From NCBI GenBank assembly GCA_947177035.1, contig CAMWSS010000009.1:1566-65565 (forward strand): a stretch of 64,000 nt of DNA, read 5' to 3'. Every line of letters starts with the position of its first letter. Within the stretch, counting starts at the first letter, position 1. The notes under the pieces are model-generated. The model saw nothing but the letters and a program-made list of their open reading frames with translations, had not been told where the DNA came from and searched no databases. Position numbers and translations under genes: made by a program. Below, in pieces: positions 54,435 to 64,000 of the stretch. The stretch comes from an uncultured Porphyromonadaceae bacterium (GTDB lineage: Bacteria; Bacteroidota; Bacteroidia; Bacteroidales; Muribaculaceae).

Positions 54435-57400
54435 ATGAGTAAAGAAAAAAAATTCTTGACCTGTGATGGTAACCAGGCCGCCGCCCACATAGCCTATATG
54501 TTCTCGGAGGTGGCTGCAATCTATCCCATCACGCCCTCATCGACAATGGCCGAGTACGTTGACGAGTGGGCCGCAGCAGGCCGCAAAAACATTTTCGGCG
54601 AAACAGTGCTGGTGCAGGAAATGCAGAGCGAAGGCGGCGCAGCAGGCGCAGTCCATGGCTCGCTGATGAACGGTGTGCTGACCAACACCTTCACCGCATC
54701 GCAGGGACTGCTGCTGATGATCCCCAACATGTATAAGATCGCCGGCGAAATGCTGCCCAGCGTGTTCCACGTCAGCGCCCGCACCATCGCCAGCCATGCC
54801 CTCAGCATCTTCGGTGACCATCAGGACGTCATGGCCTGCCGCCAGACCGGCTTCGCCATGCTGGCCGAAGGTTCCGTACAGGAAGTGATGGATCTGGCCG
54901 GAGTGGCTCACCTCGCCTCCATCAAATCGTCGATTCCATTCCTGAACTTCTTCGACGGATTCCGCACCTCACACGAAATCCAGAAGATCGAAATGATCGA
55001 ACAGGACGACCTGGCTCCCCTGCTCGACCGCGAAGCCCTGAGCAAATTCCGCAGCCGCGGACTCAGCCCCGAATCGCCCGAAGCACGCGGCATGGCCGAA
55101 AACTCCGACGTATTCTTCCAGCACCGCGAAGCCTGCAACAGCACCTATGCCGCTGTGCCTGAAATCGTGGAAGAATACATGGAGAAGATCTCGGCTATCA
55201 CCGGCCGCAAATACGGTCTGTTCAACTACTATGGCGCACCCGACGCCGAACGCGTCATCATCGCCATGGGTTCCGTATGCCAGGCTGCCGAAGAAGCCAT
55301 TGACCACCTGGTGGCCAACGGCGAGAAAGTCGGCATTGTCGAAGTTCACCTCTATCGTCCGTTCTCGGCCAAACACTTCCTTGCCGCCGTCCCCAAGACC
55401 GCAAAACGCATTGCAGTGCTCGACCGCACCAAAGAACCCGGCGCAAACGGCGAACCGCTCTACCTCGACGTGAAGGAATGCTTCTACGGCAAGGAAAACG
55501 CTCCGGAAATCGTCGGCGGACGCTATGCCCTTGCATCCAAGGACACAACTCCGGCAATGATCATCTCCGTGTTCGAGAACCTCTCGCTGCCTCAGCCCAA
55601 AGACCACTTCACAGTCGGCATCATCGACGACGTAACCTTCACCTCGCTGCCTCCCAAAGAAGAGCTGGCACTCGGCCACAAGAGCACATATGAAGCAAAA
55701 TTCTATGGTCTCGGCGCTGACGGCACAGTCGGAGCAAACAAAAACTCGGTGAAGATCATCGGTGAAAACACCAACAAATACTGCCAGGCATATTTCGCTT
55801 ACGACTCCAAAAAGTCAGGCGGCTTCACATGCTCGCACCTCCGCTTCGGCGACGCCCCCATACGCTCCACATATCTGGTGACAACGCCCAACTTCGTGGC
55901 ATGCCACGTGCAGGCATATCTCCACATGTATGACGTGACCAAGGGTCTGCGCGACGGCGGCACATTCCTGCTCAACACAATCTGGGAAGGCGAAGAACTT
56001 GCCGCCAATCTCCCCGCTAAGGTAAAACGCTACTTCGCCCAGCACGGCATCAAAGTCTACTACATCAACGCCACCAAGATCGCCCGCGAGATCGGCCTCG
56101 GCAACCGCACCAACACCATCCTGCAGAGCGCGTTCTTCCGCATCACCGAAGTCATCCCCGTCGATCTGGCCATCGAACAGATGAAGAAATTCATCGTCAA
56201 GTCATATGGCAAGAAAGGCCAGGACGTTGTCGACAAGAACTATGCTGCCGTTGACCGCGGCGGCGAATACAAGCAGCTCGCCATCGATCCCGCATGGGCA
56301 TCTCTGGCCGACGATCCCGCCACCCCCAACAACGATCCGGAATTCATCAACCGCGTTGTCCGTCCCATCAACGCACAGGACGGCGACAGCCTCACCGTCA
56401 AGGACTTCATTGACCGTCCGGACGGAGTCTGGGCACAGGGCACCGCAAAATATGAAAAACGCGGCGTCGCTGCCTATGTTCCCGCATGGAATCCTGAAAA
56501 CTGCATCCAGTGCAACAAGTGCGCGTTTGTCTGCCCCCACGCCGCCATACGTCCCTTCGTGCTCACTGCCGAAGAACAGGCAGCCGCTCCCTTCGGCGCT
56601 GATCGCCTGATCCCCGCCATCGGCAAGACCTTCGCCGGCATGAGCTTCATCCAGAGCGTCGACGTGCTCGACTGTCTCGGCTGCGGCAACTGCGTTGACG
56701 TATGCCCCGGCAAGAAAGGCGTCAAGGCTCTCGAAATGCAGCCCCTGGAAAGCCAGATGTTTGAACAGGACGAATGGAACTACTGCATCAACCACGTTGA
56801 ATCAAAACAGCATCTGGTCGACATCATGCAGAACCCCAAGAACTCACAGTTCGCCACCCCCTACTTTGAATTCTCGGGCGCATGCTCTGGCTGCGGCGAA
56901 ACTCCTTACGTCAAACTCATCTCGCAGCTCTATGGCACCCGCGAGATGGTGGCCAACGCAACCGGCTGCTCATCGATCTACTCCGGATCAGTACCTTCGA
57001 CCCCCTACACCTTCAACGCCAAGGGCCAGGGTCCCGCATGGGGCAACTCCCTGTTTGAAGACTTCGCCGAATTCGGCCTCGGCATGAACATCGCCAACGA
57101 GAAGATGCGCGAACGCGTGACTGCTCTTGTTGAAAAAGGTCTCCAGTGCTCATGCTGCTCCGACGAACTCAAGGCACTCTTCGCCGAATGGCTTGAAGTC
57201 AAGAACGACGGCCCGCGTTCACGCGAAGTTGCCGACAAGATCATTCCGATGATCGAAAAATGCGGATGCGACATCTGCCGCGAACTCACCGAACTCAAGG
57301 GCTACCTCGTCAAGCGCGCCCACTGGATCATTGCCGGCGACGGCGCTGCCTACGACATCGGCTTCGGCGGTCTTGACCACGTGCTCGCTTCAGGCAAGGA

Positions 57401-57998
57401 CGTCAATGTGATCGTTGTCGACACCGAAGTTTACTCCAACACCGGCGGCCAGGCATCGAAGGCCACTCCGGTCGGAGCAATCGCCAAATTTGCCGCCGCA
57501 GGCAAACGAGTGCGCAAAAAAGACCTCGGCCTGATCGCATCGACCTATGGTTACGTATATGTGGCCCAGGTGGCTATGGGTGCCGATAACGCCCAGACCC
57601 TCAAAGCCATCCGCGAAGCCGAAGCTTATGACGGACCGTCGCTGATCATCGCTTACGCTCCCTGTATCAACCACGGCCTGAAATCAGGCATGGGCAAGAG
57701 CCAGGAAGAAGAGCGTCGCGCGGTTGAATGCGGCTACTGGCACCTCTGGCGCTATAATCCCGCACTCGAGGAAGAAGGAAAGAACCCCTTCACTCTCGAC
57801 AGCAAGGATCCGCAGTGGGACAAGTTCGAGGAATTCCTGAAAGGCGAAGTGCGCTTCGCATCAGTCCTCAAGGCATATCCCGACCAGGCTTCAGAACTCT
57901 TCGCTGCCGCAAAGGCCAACGCACAGTGGCGCTACAACAACTATCGCCGCCTGGCCCGCCAGCAGTGGGGCATCGATCCTGACGAAAGCGCAAAGTAA
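54435..57998 (+). CDS. nifJ: Pyruvate:ferredoxin (flavodoxin) oxidoreductase
   Basis: 1187 aa. Two 4Fe-4S motifs (CIQCNKCAFVCP and CLGCGNCVDVCP) and a TPP domain (GDGAAYDIGFGGLDH). Confidence 0.97.
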   Translation: MSKEKKFLTCDGNQAAAHIAYMFSEVAAIYPITPSSTMAEYVDEWAAAGRKNIFGETVLVQEMQSEGGAAGAVHGSLMNGVLTNTFTASQGLLLMIPNMYKIAGEMLPSVFHVSARTIASHALSIFGDHQDVMACRQTGFAMLAEGSVQEVMDLAGVAHLASIKSSIPFLNFFDGFRTSHEIQKIEMIEQDDLAPLLDREALSKFRSRGLSPESPEARGMAENSDVFFQHREACNSTYAAVPEIVEEYMEKISAITGRKYGLFNYYGAPDAERVIIAMGSVCQAAEEAIDHLVANGEKVGIVEVHLYRPFSAKHFLAAVPKTAKRIAVLDRTKEPGANGEPLYLDVKECFYGKENAPEIVGGRYALASKDTTPAMIISVFENLSLPQPKDHFTVGIIDDVTFTSLPPKEELALGHKSTYEAKFYGLGADGTVGANKNSVKIIGENTNKYCQAYFAYDSKKSGGFTCSHLRFGDAPIRSTYLVTTPNFVACHVQAYLHMYDVTKGLRDGGTFLLNTIWEGEELAANLPAKVKRYFAQHGIKVYYINATKIAREIGLGNRTNTILQSAFFRITEVIPVDLAIEQMKKFIVKSYGKKGQDVVDKNYAAVDRGGEYKQLAIDPAWASLADDPATPNNDPEFINRVVRPINAQDGDSLTVKDFIDRPDGVWAQGTAKYEKRGVAAYVPAWNPENCIQCNKCAFVCPHAAIRPFVLTAEEQAAAPFGADRLIPAIGKTFAGMSFIQSVDVLDCLGCGNCVDVCPGKKGVKALEMQPLESQMFEQDEWNYCINHVESKQHLVDIMQNPKNSQFATPYFEFSGACSGCGETPYVKLISQLYGTREMVANATGCSSIYSGSVPSTPYTFNAKGQGPAWGNSLFEDFAEFGLGMNIANEKMRERVTALVEKGLQCSCCSDELKALFAEWLEVKNDGPRSREVADKIIPMIEKCGCDICRELTELKGYLVKRAHWIIAGDGAAYDIGFGGLDHVLASGKDVNVIVVDTEVYSNTGGQASKATPVGAIAKFAAAGKRVRKKDLGLIASTYGYVYVAQVAMGADNAQTLKAIREAEAYDGPSLIIAYAPCINHGLKSGMGKSQEEERRAVECGYWHLWRYNPALEEEGKNPFTLDSKDPQWDKFEEFLKGEVRFASVLKAYPDQASELFAAAKANAQWRYNNYRRLARQQWGIDPDESAK

Positions 57999-58033
57999 TG
58001 TGATTTCACTCCTGTTTTAATCCACGAATCACC

Positions 58034-58077
58034 AGAGCGCGGCTTCTCCAACATCAGGAGCCGCGCTCTCTCTTTTC
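58034..58077 (+). terminator. Rho-independent terminator after nifJ
   Basis: AGAGCGCGGCT...AGCCGCGCTCT 11-bp stem followed by CTCTTTTC. Confidence 0.6.
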
Positions 58078-58100
58078 AAACTACACATTATTTTTATAGC

Positions 58101-58733
58101 ATGGCTATGATTTCCACACAGGCACAACTTGAAACAGCTGCGCTCGACTATGGGCTTCTACCCTTCTTTGCAAACCATATACCTGAATTTTCAGTTGAGG
58201 AAATGGCCGCGCCGGGAATGCTATTCGGCGAAACTTCCGACGATTATGGATGCTGGGAATGGAAAGGGCCGGTGATACGAAAACAAACCACCGCCTATGG
58301 CAAATTTTTCCGCCGCAAGGCAGGATTCGTCGCACGACAGCTTTTGCCCGACTTCATCAACTACCGGCGGGCCGCCTACCCCATTCTGTCAGGTTCGCCT
58401 GAAGAACAGATAATCTCACTGTTCAGACAACACGACTGCCTGACATCCACAGAGCTGAAACGGCAGATGCCAGGACAAAAAATCGAAACGCCGCTGCAAA
58501 GACTCCAGATGGGACTATGGCTCATCATTGCGGATTTTGAATACAAAATAAGTGCCGCCGGACAGCGCTATGGCTGGGGAGTGGCACTCTACACCACACC
58601 CGAAATCTGGTTCGGCAACGAAATCACCGTCTGTCAGCGCCAGCCGATGGAATCATTTCGCAGCATCTGCACGGACCTGAGCCGACGTCTGCCCGACGCC
58701 CCTTTGCAGGCCATCGAGAAACTGCTCCGCTGA
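58101..58733 (+). CDS. Hypothetical protein, possibly AlkZ/YcaQ-related winged-helix protein
   Basis: LLPFFANHIPEFSVEEM...WEWKGP...AYGKFFRRKAGFV. The assignment is recollection of a pattern only. Confidence 0.35.
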   Translation: MAMISTQAQLETAALDYGLLPFFANHIPEFSVEEMAAPGMLFGETSDDYGCWEWKGPVIRKQTTAYGKFFRRKAGFVARQLLPDFINYRRAAYPILSGSPEEQIISLFRQHDCLTSTELKRQMPGQKIETPLQRLQMGLWLIIADFEYKISAAGQRYGWGVALYTTPEIWFGNEITVCQRQPMESFRSICTDLSRRLPDAPLQAIEKLLR

Positions 58734-58754
58734 CTGCCACATTGCCAGCCAGTT

Positions 58755-59687
58755 TCAGTATGTCACATTAAACTTCGGAAGAAGGCGGAGCGGGCGCCAG
58801 CTTTCTTTCGACAGACGCAGGCCTGAATCGCCGGCACAGTCCTGACGGTTGACTATGGCCAGCGCCGGACAAAGCTCTTTCATTTCCTTGCAAAAAAGAT
58901 GGGCCACAGTCTCGCCTGCTCCGCTTACATTGTGGTCGGCTTTCTCAACATGAGTGTGCAGAGTGTCGCCCTTGATCTCTCCGACCGTAAATGCCACCAC
59001 ACGCCCTGAATTATCCGTGAGCATACGTCCCGTCATATACGGACCGAAAGCGTCCCAGCGGGCAAGCAGACCCTCCACAGCGCCATATTCGGCGGCGCCC
59101 ATACGTGAACCGTCGTGACCGAGACGTGCGAGCAGCCCAATGCATTGCGCCGGATCGATGTCAGTGAAGCGAAAACCGGCATTGTCGGCGATAAAACGGT
59201 TCACGTGGTTGCGCTTACGCTTCATGGCATTGCCGCCAAGGGTTGCGAAAGAATCAATCGAATATATATAGTCGCTCCAGTCAGGCCCGAGTTCCTCGAC
59301 TCTTGAACACCCCACTTCGGCAAAAAGATGAAGCCGGTCTTCGGGAATGGCGCTGAAACGCAGCGGATGATGAAGCGACGCCAGAAGACGCACTGCACGC
59401 GCCACGCTTTCTTCCGGCCCGAGCGGCAGAGAGAACGCCGGAATCGCGAGATTGTTTTCCTGTCGGCCGCGTATCAGCAATATTCCGTCGGCCTCGCATA
59501 ATTCATAGCCGAAAAAACCGACCCATAGATATATACCGCCGATGGTATAGTCGCAAGTGCGTGAATCGGTCAGTTGAAGATAATGTGCCACCAATGGCAG
59601 ATGGCATGTCTCTATTTTCTGAAAATCAAGACGTCTGACCGCCGATGGCGGCGATGCGGGTGCTGTTGTGGTCAATATCTGTATCAT
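58755..59687 (-). CDS. DUF2156-like (lysyl-phosphatidylglycerol-synthase C-terminal, GNAT-fold) protein
   Basis: 310 aa. DSRTCDYTIGGIYLWVGFFGYE...LPLGP pattern. No membrane (flippase) domain. Confidence 0.5.
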   Translation of the reverse strand: MIQILTTTAPASPPSAVRRLDFQKIETCHLPLVAHYLQLTDSRTCDYTIGGIYLWVGFFGYELCEADGILLIRGRQENNLAIPAFSLPLGPEESVARAVRLLASLHHPLRFSAIPEDRLHLFAEVGCSRVEELGPDWSDYIYSIDSFATLGGNAMKRKRNHVNRFIADNAGFRFTDIDPAQCIGLLARLGHDGSRMGAAEYGAVEGLLARWDAFGPYMTGRMLTDNSGRVVAFTVGEIKGDTLHTHVEKADHNVSGAGETVAHLFCKEMKELCPALAIVNRQDCAGDSGLRLSKESWRPLRLLPKFNVTY

Positions 59688-59721
59688 AACATCCTATTAA
59701 CCATCATGGCCGGCAAATGGT

Positions 59722-60480
59722 TTACATCTCCTTCAGATCACGGATCAGGGCGGCATAACGCTCCACGCAGTCGGCGACATAGCGTTTTCCTTTTTCGGCA
59801 GAAGCGAGCGAAGGATCGCCGATGCCGGTATCGTCGGTCACCTTAAGCCAGTTTCGCGGAATCCATGCTGTTTTCCGGCGCAATTCCTCCGATTCCCACG
59901 GACGCGACGCTCCGGGACCAGCAGTCAGAATGTCAACCAGCTCAGGATGGAAGTGCATCATGACAGAAGTTTCCAGCTCGTCGGCATGGTCGCCTGGATT
60001 TGTGAAATACTCCTTGGCAGGCAACACGGCAAACCAGTCGCTCACCGCTATTATGAAATCAGGATAATCGACAGCCAGATCGCGGATCATCGGTTTAAAT
60101 GAATTTCCGCCATGACCGTTGACTATCAGCAGGCGTCTGATTCCCTGATGGGCGAGCGAGCCGACAATATCCGTCAATATGGCACGCTGCGTGTCATAAC
60201 GGTAATGAATGCAGAATGGAAGATCGCGCTGTCCGGGATTCTGTGCACCCATGGCCACAGGCGGAAGCACCATGGCCTCCACTCCGAAGCGTTCGGCCGC
60301 GACGGATGCGGCCTGCAGTGCCACAGCCTGCGAGAGCAACGCGTCGGTCAGATACGGCAAATGAAGATTGTGTGGTTCGGTGGCCCCCCAAGGGAGTATG
60401 GCCACGTCATATCTGCGCTGCCTGACTGTTCCGAAATTAGTGACTGAAAGATCTCGCGGATTATTTTTGTTTTCCATCAT
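59722..60480 (-). CDS. Creatininase-family amidohydrolase
   Basis: AILPWGATEPHNLHLPYLTD, LLIVNGHGGN and DHADELETS. Confidence 0.75.
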   Translation of the reverse strand: MMENKNNPRDLSVTNFGTVRQRRYDVAILPWGATEPHNLHLPYLTDALLSQAVALQAASVAAERFGVEAMVLPPVAMGAQNPGQRDLPFCIHYRYDTQRAILTDIVGSLAHQGIRRLLIVNGHGGNSFKPMIRDLAVDYPDFIIAVSDWFAVLPAKEYFTNPGDHADELETSVMMHFHPELVDILTAGPGASRPWESEELRRKTAWIPRNWLKVTDDTGIGDPSLASAEKGKRYVADCVERYAALIRDLKEM

Positions 60481-62196
60481 TTATTCTTCATTATTATCTG
60501 GCTTGATCAGAAGCAGTTCATGCCATTCCGGCGGATATGTGAATATGGAGTCGGGCGATAACGGACGCAACACTTCATACCACGCGAATTTGGGCAGACG
60601 GAACAGTGATCTCTTTGCCAGGTAGAGCGGAGTGACGGTTCCCGATGTCTGGTCCCACATATGCGCCCTTTCAAGTTCATTTTTGCCGAATGTGGCCGAA
60701 AGGAATGAAGACGTCACATTGGCCACCTTATTGTAGGTCGAGTCGTTTTCAACAGGCAGCATTATTCCCTGCACCGATCCGTTGACGTCGAGCCGGCTCA
60801 GATGGCCGTCGGCCATAAAGGCGATCATTTCCCGGCCGCTCAACTGGTTGAAGTAGTCGCTTTCAATGTGTTCGGCCATGAATGCAAACTGCGGCAGGTG
60901 AGCGCGATCCACTGTCGAGTCATTCATATAGACATGGATCACGTTGCCGAAAATCTGCCGGTTGTCACTCCAGACCACAGGGTGTATGTCCATTCTCAGA
61001 GTGGAATCGGACTGCACGAATGTCATCGAGTCACACACACCCTGTATGTCACGGCGGAAGAATCTCACTCCCGGATGTGCGATCATCAGGCGGGTAGTGT
61101 CGGTCTGCCCCGCAGCACTGTCGGGCAACACGGTGAATGCGCGTATGGTCTCGGCATGAAGATAGAGAGTGTCGGTTCCGGAATATTCCAGAGCGCGCGC
61201 GCGTCCTGTGACAAACGCACTGTCGGTGCGCTCGTTGAAAAATCCATATTCACCCTCCAGAGTGACCTGTCGGGCCGAGTCAGTAAGAGACATCATGCCG
61301 AACGCCTCGCCGAAACCGAGTTCGCGGTCATAAAACAGAGTATCGCCTGTCAGGGTGTTGCCGCGGTAGGTGCGCACGGTCGAGCGCTCATATAGCCACG
61401 CACGTGAAGTATTGGTGTCAAACATTCCGTTGTCGGTGTATATGACGCCGTCTTTTGTGACGATGCGCGACGGACACGTGATCGTGGCCAGGCGTGATTC
61501 CGTGTTGTATATCAGAGTGTCGGTATACAGATGCATGGAGTCGCCTGAATCGGAGATTCCGTCAAGCACCACATGGCGATAGAAGCTCGCGTCTTTTGTT
61601 GAAGGAGAATATTCTCCTTCAATGGATTCAAGAGTGTTGTGAGGATCGGAAAGAACACCTCCGACCTCATAATATCCGAGCGACAGTCCGAGATCATAGT
61701 TCAGAACGGTGGTGACGAGCGTCACGTCGCGGTTGATGAGTCTGACTCTTGAGTCAACATCATAATCGTCGGCATATATGGTGGCCAGCTCACGCGATCC
61801 GGAATATTCGAGGCGGTCACCATAGAGAAACAGAGTGTCGCCCTGCTGCATATGCACGTTGCCGAACGCCTCCATTGAATCGGCGGTGGCCGAGGTGTAG
61901 AAACAGGCGCTGTCGCAATACATCAGCATATCTCCGCGCCGGAACACCACATTTCCGATCAGGATCTGTCCGTCGGGCACCGCCGGATTCGCCACAAGCG
62001 AGTCGGCCTGTTCCAGGAACACGCGTCCGGGAGTGTGGCGGTCAACGTCGGGAATCGTCGGCACGATCGGCTTTCCGGCATCGGGATCAGGCGGCAGCTG
62101 GGTGTGCGACGGGCGTTGTGCGGTGGCGGCCACAATCGCGGCCATCGCGGCAAATATCAGTGGAGGGAGACGATGAAGCTTGTTACTTCCGGGCAT
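60481..62196 (-). CDS. OstA-like (LptA/LptD N-terminal-type) periplasmic protein
   Basis: GNVVFRRGDMLMYCDSACFY...AFGNVHMQQGDTLFLYGDRLEYSG. I place the start at ATG 62196, giving signal peptide KLHRLPPLIFAAMAAIVAATAQ and overlapping the surA-like stop. Confidence 0.65.
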   Translation of the reverse strand: MPGSNKLHRLPPLIFAAMAAIVAATAQRPSHTQLPPDPDAGKPIVPTIPDVDRHTPGRVFLEQADSLVANPAVPDGQILIGNVVFRRGDMLMYCDSACFYTSATADSMEAFGNVHMQQGDTLFLYGDRLEYSGSRELATIYADDYDVDSRVRLINRDVTLVTTVLNYDLGLSLGYYEVGGVLSDPHNTLESIEGEYSPSTKDASFYRHVVLDGISDSGDSMHLYTDTLIYNTESRLATITCPSRIVTKDGVIYTDNGMFDTNTSRAWLYERSTVRTYRGNTLTGDTLFYDRELGFGEAFGMMSLTDSARQVTLEGEYGFFNERTDSAFVTGRARALEYSGTDTLYLHAETIRAFTVLPDSAAGQTDTTRLMIAHPGVRFFRRDIQGVCDSMTFVQSDSTLRMDIHPVVWSDNRQIFGNVIHVYMNDSTVDRAHLPQFAFMAEHIESDYFNQLSGREMIAFMADGHLSRLDVNGSVQGIMLPVENDSTYNKVANVTSSFLSATFGKNELERAHMWDQTSGTVTPLYLAKRSLFRLPKFAWYEVLRPLSPDSIFTYPPEWHELLLIKPDNNEE

Positions 62197-63553
62197 CACG
62201 TTTGAGCCAGTTGTGACGGAACTGGCAGTTTTTCCATCCGTCTTCGATGCGCACATAGGTGTTGGCTATCTTGTTTTCAAGCCATTCGTCGATGATGCGC
62301 TGACGTTCGGAGTTTTCAAACATATTCTTGATATCCTCATAGTCGTCGGCCAGATTCGCCCTGTGTGGCTCAAGCCGCGATTTGAGTCTGACAATCGCCA
62401 CAACGTCGGAGTGGGTCTTCGGATCCTCCATCACGAAGGGACGCGAAATCTCGCCCGGTTTCAGGCCATCGACAGCAATGGCTACCTCCTGGGGCAGCTG
62501 ACGCATTTCGAAATATGAGGAGAAGTTTTCAGAGTTGACCATCGTTCCGTGGTTTCGTCGAGTGTCCTTGTCGGATGAAATCAGCGGCACAGCTTCGTCA
62601 AACGTGAACAGCCCGTCGACAATGTCGGTCCGGATAGAGTCCAGACGGGCCATCGCGTTGTTGAGCGATTCTTTTGTCGGGGTGGCGCGCAGCAGAATGT
62701 GGCGAGTGTTAACCCTGTCGCCACGCTTTTCTATGAGCTGGATGATGTGGTAGCCGAAAGCACTCTCCACGACGGCCGACGCACGCTTCGGATCATTGAG
62801 ATTGAAAGCGGCTGCGGCATAGGCCGGATCCAGTCCGGTGCGCGGCATGAAACCGATCTCTCCACCACGGTTTGCCGATCCGGCATCGTCGCTGTAAAGC
62901 ACAGCCAGAGTGGAAAATTCGGCCTGTCCGGAGTTAACTCTTTCGGCATATGAGCGCAGACGGTCTTTGATGTCGTCGATCTGCTGCTGGGGAATCACAG
63001 GGGTCTGCGTGAGAATCTGCACCTCCACTTTGGTCGGAATCACAGGCAGCGAGTCGACCGGCAGTGAATTGAAATATCGGCGCACGGCAGCTGGCGTGAT
63101 CTTTATGTTGTCAGTGAGTTTATCCTGCACCATTCCCACGCGATAGGAATTGGTCATCTGAGTCGCGAGCCACTGGCGTATTTCCGGCAATGGCTTGTGC
63201 AGTATCTCTTCGAGTTTCTGTCGTGAACCGGCGGAGATCAGCCAGTCGTTGATTCGCGAATCGACTTCGGCCGCCACACGTCCGGCAGTTACCTCGATCG
63301 TGTCGAGATCGGCCTGATGAAGAAACAGACGCTGTATGGCCATCTGCTCCGGTATGACGCAGTAAGGATCGCCGTCAAATTGCTGACGATCCTGAAGAGC
63401 CTGGATATAAGCTTCTTCCACTTCTGATTTCCATATCGGCTGATCACCGATCATCCACACCACCTCTTCGGCCACATTGTCGGAAGCGGCACTTGCAGTC
63501 ACAGCGGCAGCAATGAAAACCGCACTGCCTATTAGAATGTTACGTAGTTTCAC
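62183..63553 (-). CDS. SurA-like periplasmic chaperone / parvulin-type peptidyl-prolyl isomerase
   Basis: Signal peptide and the PpiC domain (GGEIGFMPRTGLDPAYAAAAFNL...GYHIIQL). I prefer GTG 63553 because a -7 box overlaps the TTG at 63580. Confidence 0.8.
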   Translation of the reverse strand: MKLRNILIGSAVFIAAAVTASAASDNVAEEVVWMIGDQPIWKSEVEEAYIQALQDRQQFDGDPYCVIPEQMAIQRLFLHQADLDTIEVTAGRVAAEVDSRINDWLISAGSRQKLEEILHKPLPEIRQWLATQMTNSYRVGMVQDKLTDNIKITPAAVRRYFNSLPVDSLPVIPTKVEVQILTQTPVIPQQQIDDIKDRLRSYAERVNSGQAEFSTLAVLYSDDAGSANRGGEIGFMPRTGLDPAYAAAAFNLNDPKRASAVVESAFGYHIIQLIEKRGDRVNTRHILLRATPTKESLNNAMARLDSIRTDIVDGLFTFDEAVPLISSDKDTRRNHGTMVNSENFSSYFEMRQLPQEVAIAVDGLKPGEISRPFVMEDPKTHSDVVAIVRLKSRLEPHRANLADDYEDIKNMFENSERQRIIDEWLENKIANTYVRIEDGWKNCQFRHNWLKRDARK

Positions 63554-63577
63554 GCGTAAAAATAATTTGTTAACGCG

Positions 63578-63585
63578 CAAAGTTA
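63578..63585 (-). promoter_or_regulatory. -7 promoter box (TAACTTTG on the minus strand) for the surA-like operon
   Basis: Exact match 24 nt upstream of GTG 63553. Confidence 0.5.
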
Positions 63586-63638
63586 CGAAAAAATGCCGAC
63601 TTTCACTCTCTTATAAGTTTTTTTAATAAAACAACCCT

Positions 63639-64000
63639 TCAGGAGGGATTGAATTCAGAGTGCAGACGCCTGAAGCGTTCAAGATTGTCAGGACCGAAGC
63701 GGAGCATTGACTTTTCGACCTGTTCCAGAGTTTTGCGTTTCATCGCTCCCGACTTCGAGTAGAATTTATCGGCGTAACACACCAGCCGCTCCAGCAGCGT
63801 TTCCGGCACCAGCGGCGGCAGCCCGGTGCCGGTGTGTCGTTCGGCCACACGCGCCCAGCTCTCGGGCATTCCTTCCCGACGGAGCAGTTCCGCGCCAAGC
63901 GGTCCGTGTTCGATATAAGGCGCTGATCCGTGGCAGTCAATGTCGGGGGCGTCGGTCAGAAATATTCCGATGTCGTGAAGCATCGCGGCCGCGCGTATTT
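63639..64000 (-). CDS. HD-domain phosphohydrolase, C-terminal part (5' end lies outside the window)
   Basis: MLHDIGIF...HGPLGAELLRREG...AERHTGTG. The frame stays open to the window edge. Confidence 0.7.
   Translation of the reverse strand, partial: IRAAAMLHDIGIFLTDAPDIDCHGSAPYIEHGPLGAELLRREGMPESWARVAERHTGTGLPPLVPETLLERLVCYADKFYSKSGAMKRKTLEQVEKSMLRFGPDNLERFRRLHSEFNPS

Overview
This 64-kb window looks like a chromosomal segment from a high-GC member of the Bacteroidota, probably Bacteroidales; I cannot place it more precisely. Three things support that: TAnnTTTG -7 promoter boxes recur in front of operons, two proteins end in T9SS C-terminal sorting domains, and one lipoprotein carries BACON-like domains. 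I call about 50 protein genes. Most are housekeeping: ftsH (partial), mnmG, ybeY, apt, uvrC, lgt, topA, an RluA-family synthase, greA, smpB, ftsK, a lolA-like gene, trxB, pepT, pepO, slyD, an RsmB/F-type methyltransferase, PFOR (nifJ), and surA-like and ostA-like genes. I found no rRNA, tRNA, tmRNA, CRISPR array, integrase or transposase by eye. The most interesting parts are: (1) two tandem paralogues of a neighbouring sensor histidine kinase that keep the sensor, TM and DHp regions but lack the phospho-acceptor His and the whole ATPase domain, and are translationally chained to topA-rluA; (2) an AT-rich islet beside ftsH with an orphan gene plus an XRE regulator in toxin-antitoxin-like order; (3) a tight four-gene envelope operon of unknown function, whose divergent control region carries two perfect palindromes with the same 15-bp core; (4) a DUF4301-FNT-BASS transporter operon facing an orphan split Alg14/Alg13-type glycosyltransferase; (5) a translationally coupled manC-yfhO pair; (6) an intrinsic-terminator-like hairpin in the greA leader; (7) an AT-rich orphan secreted protein that resembles a stand-alone gingipain (C25) propeptide. 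All family assignments come from motif recognition by eye. No database search was run.
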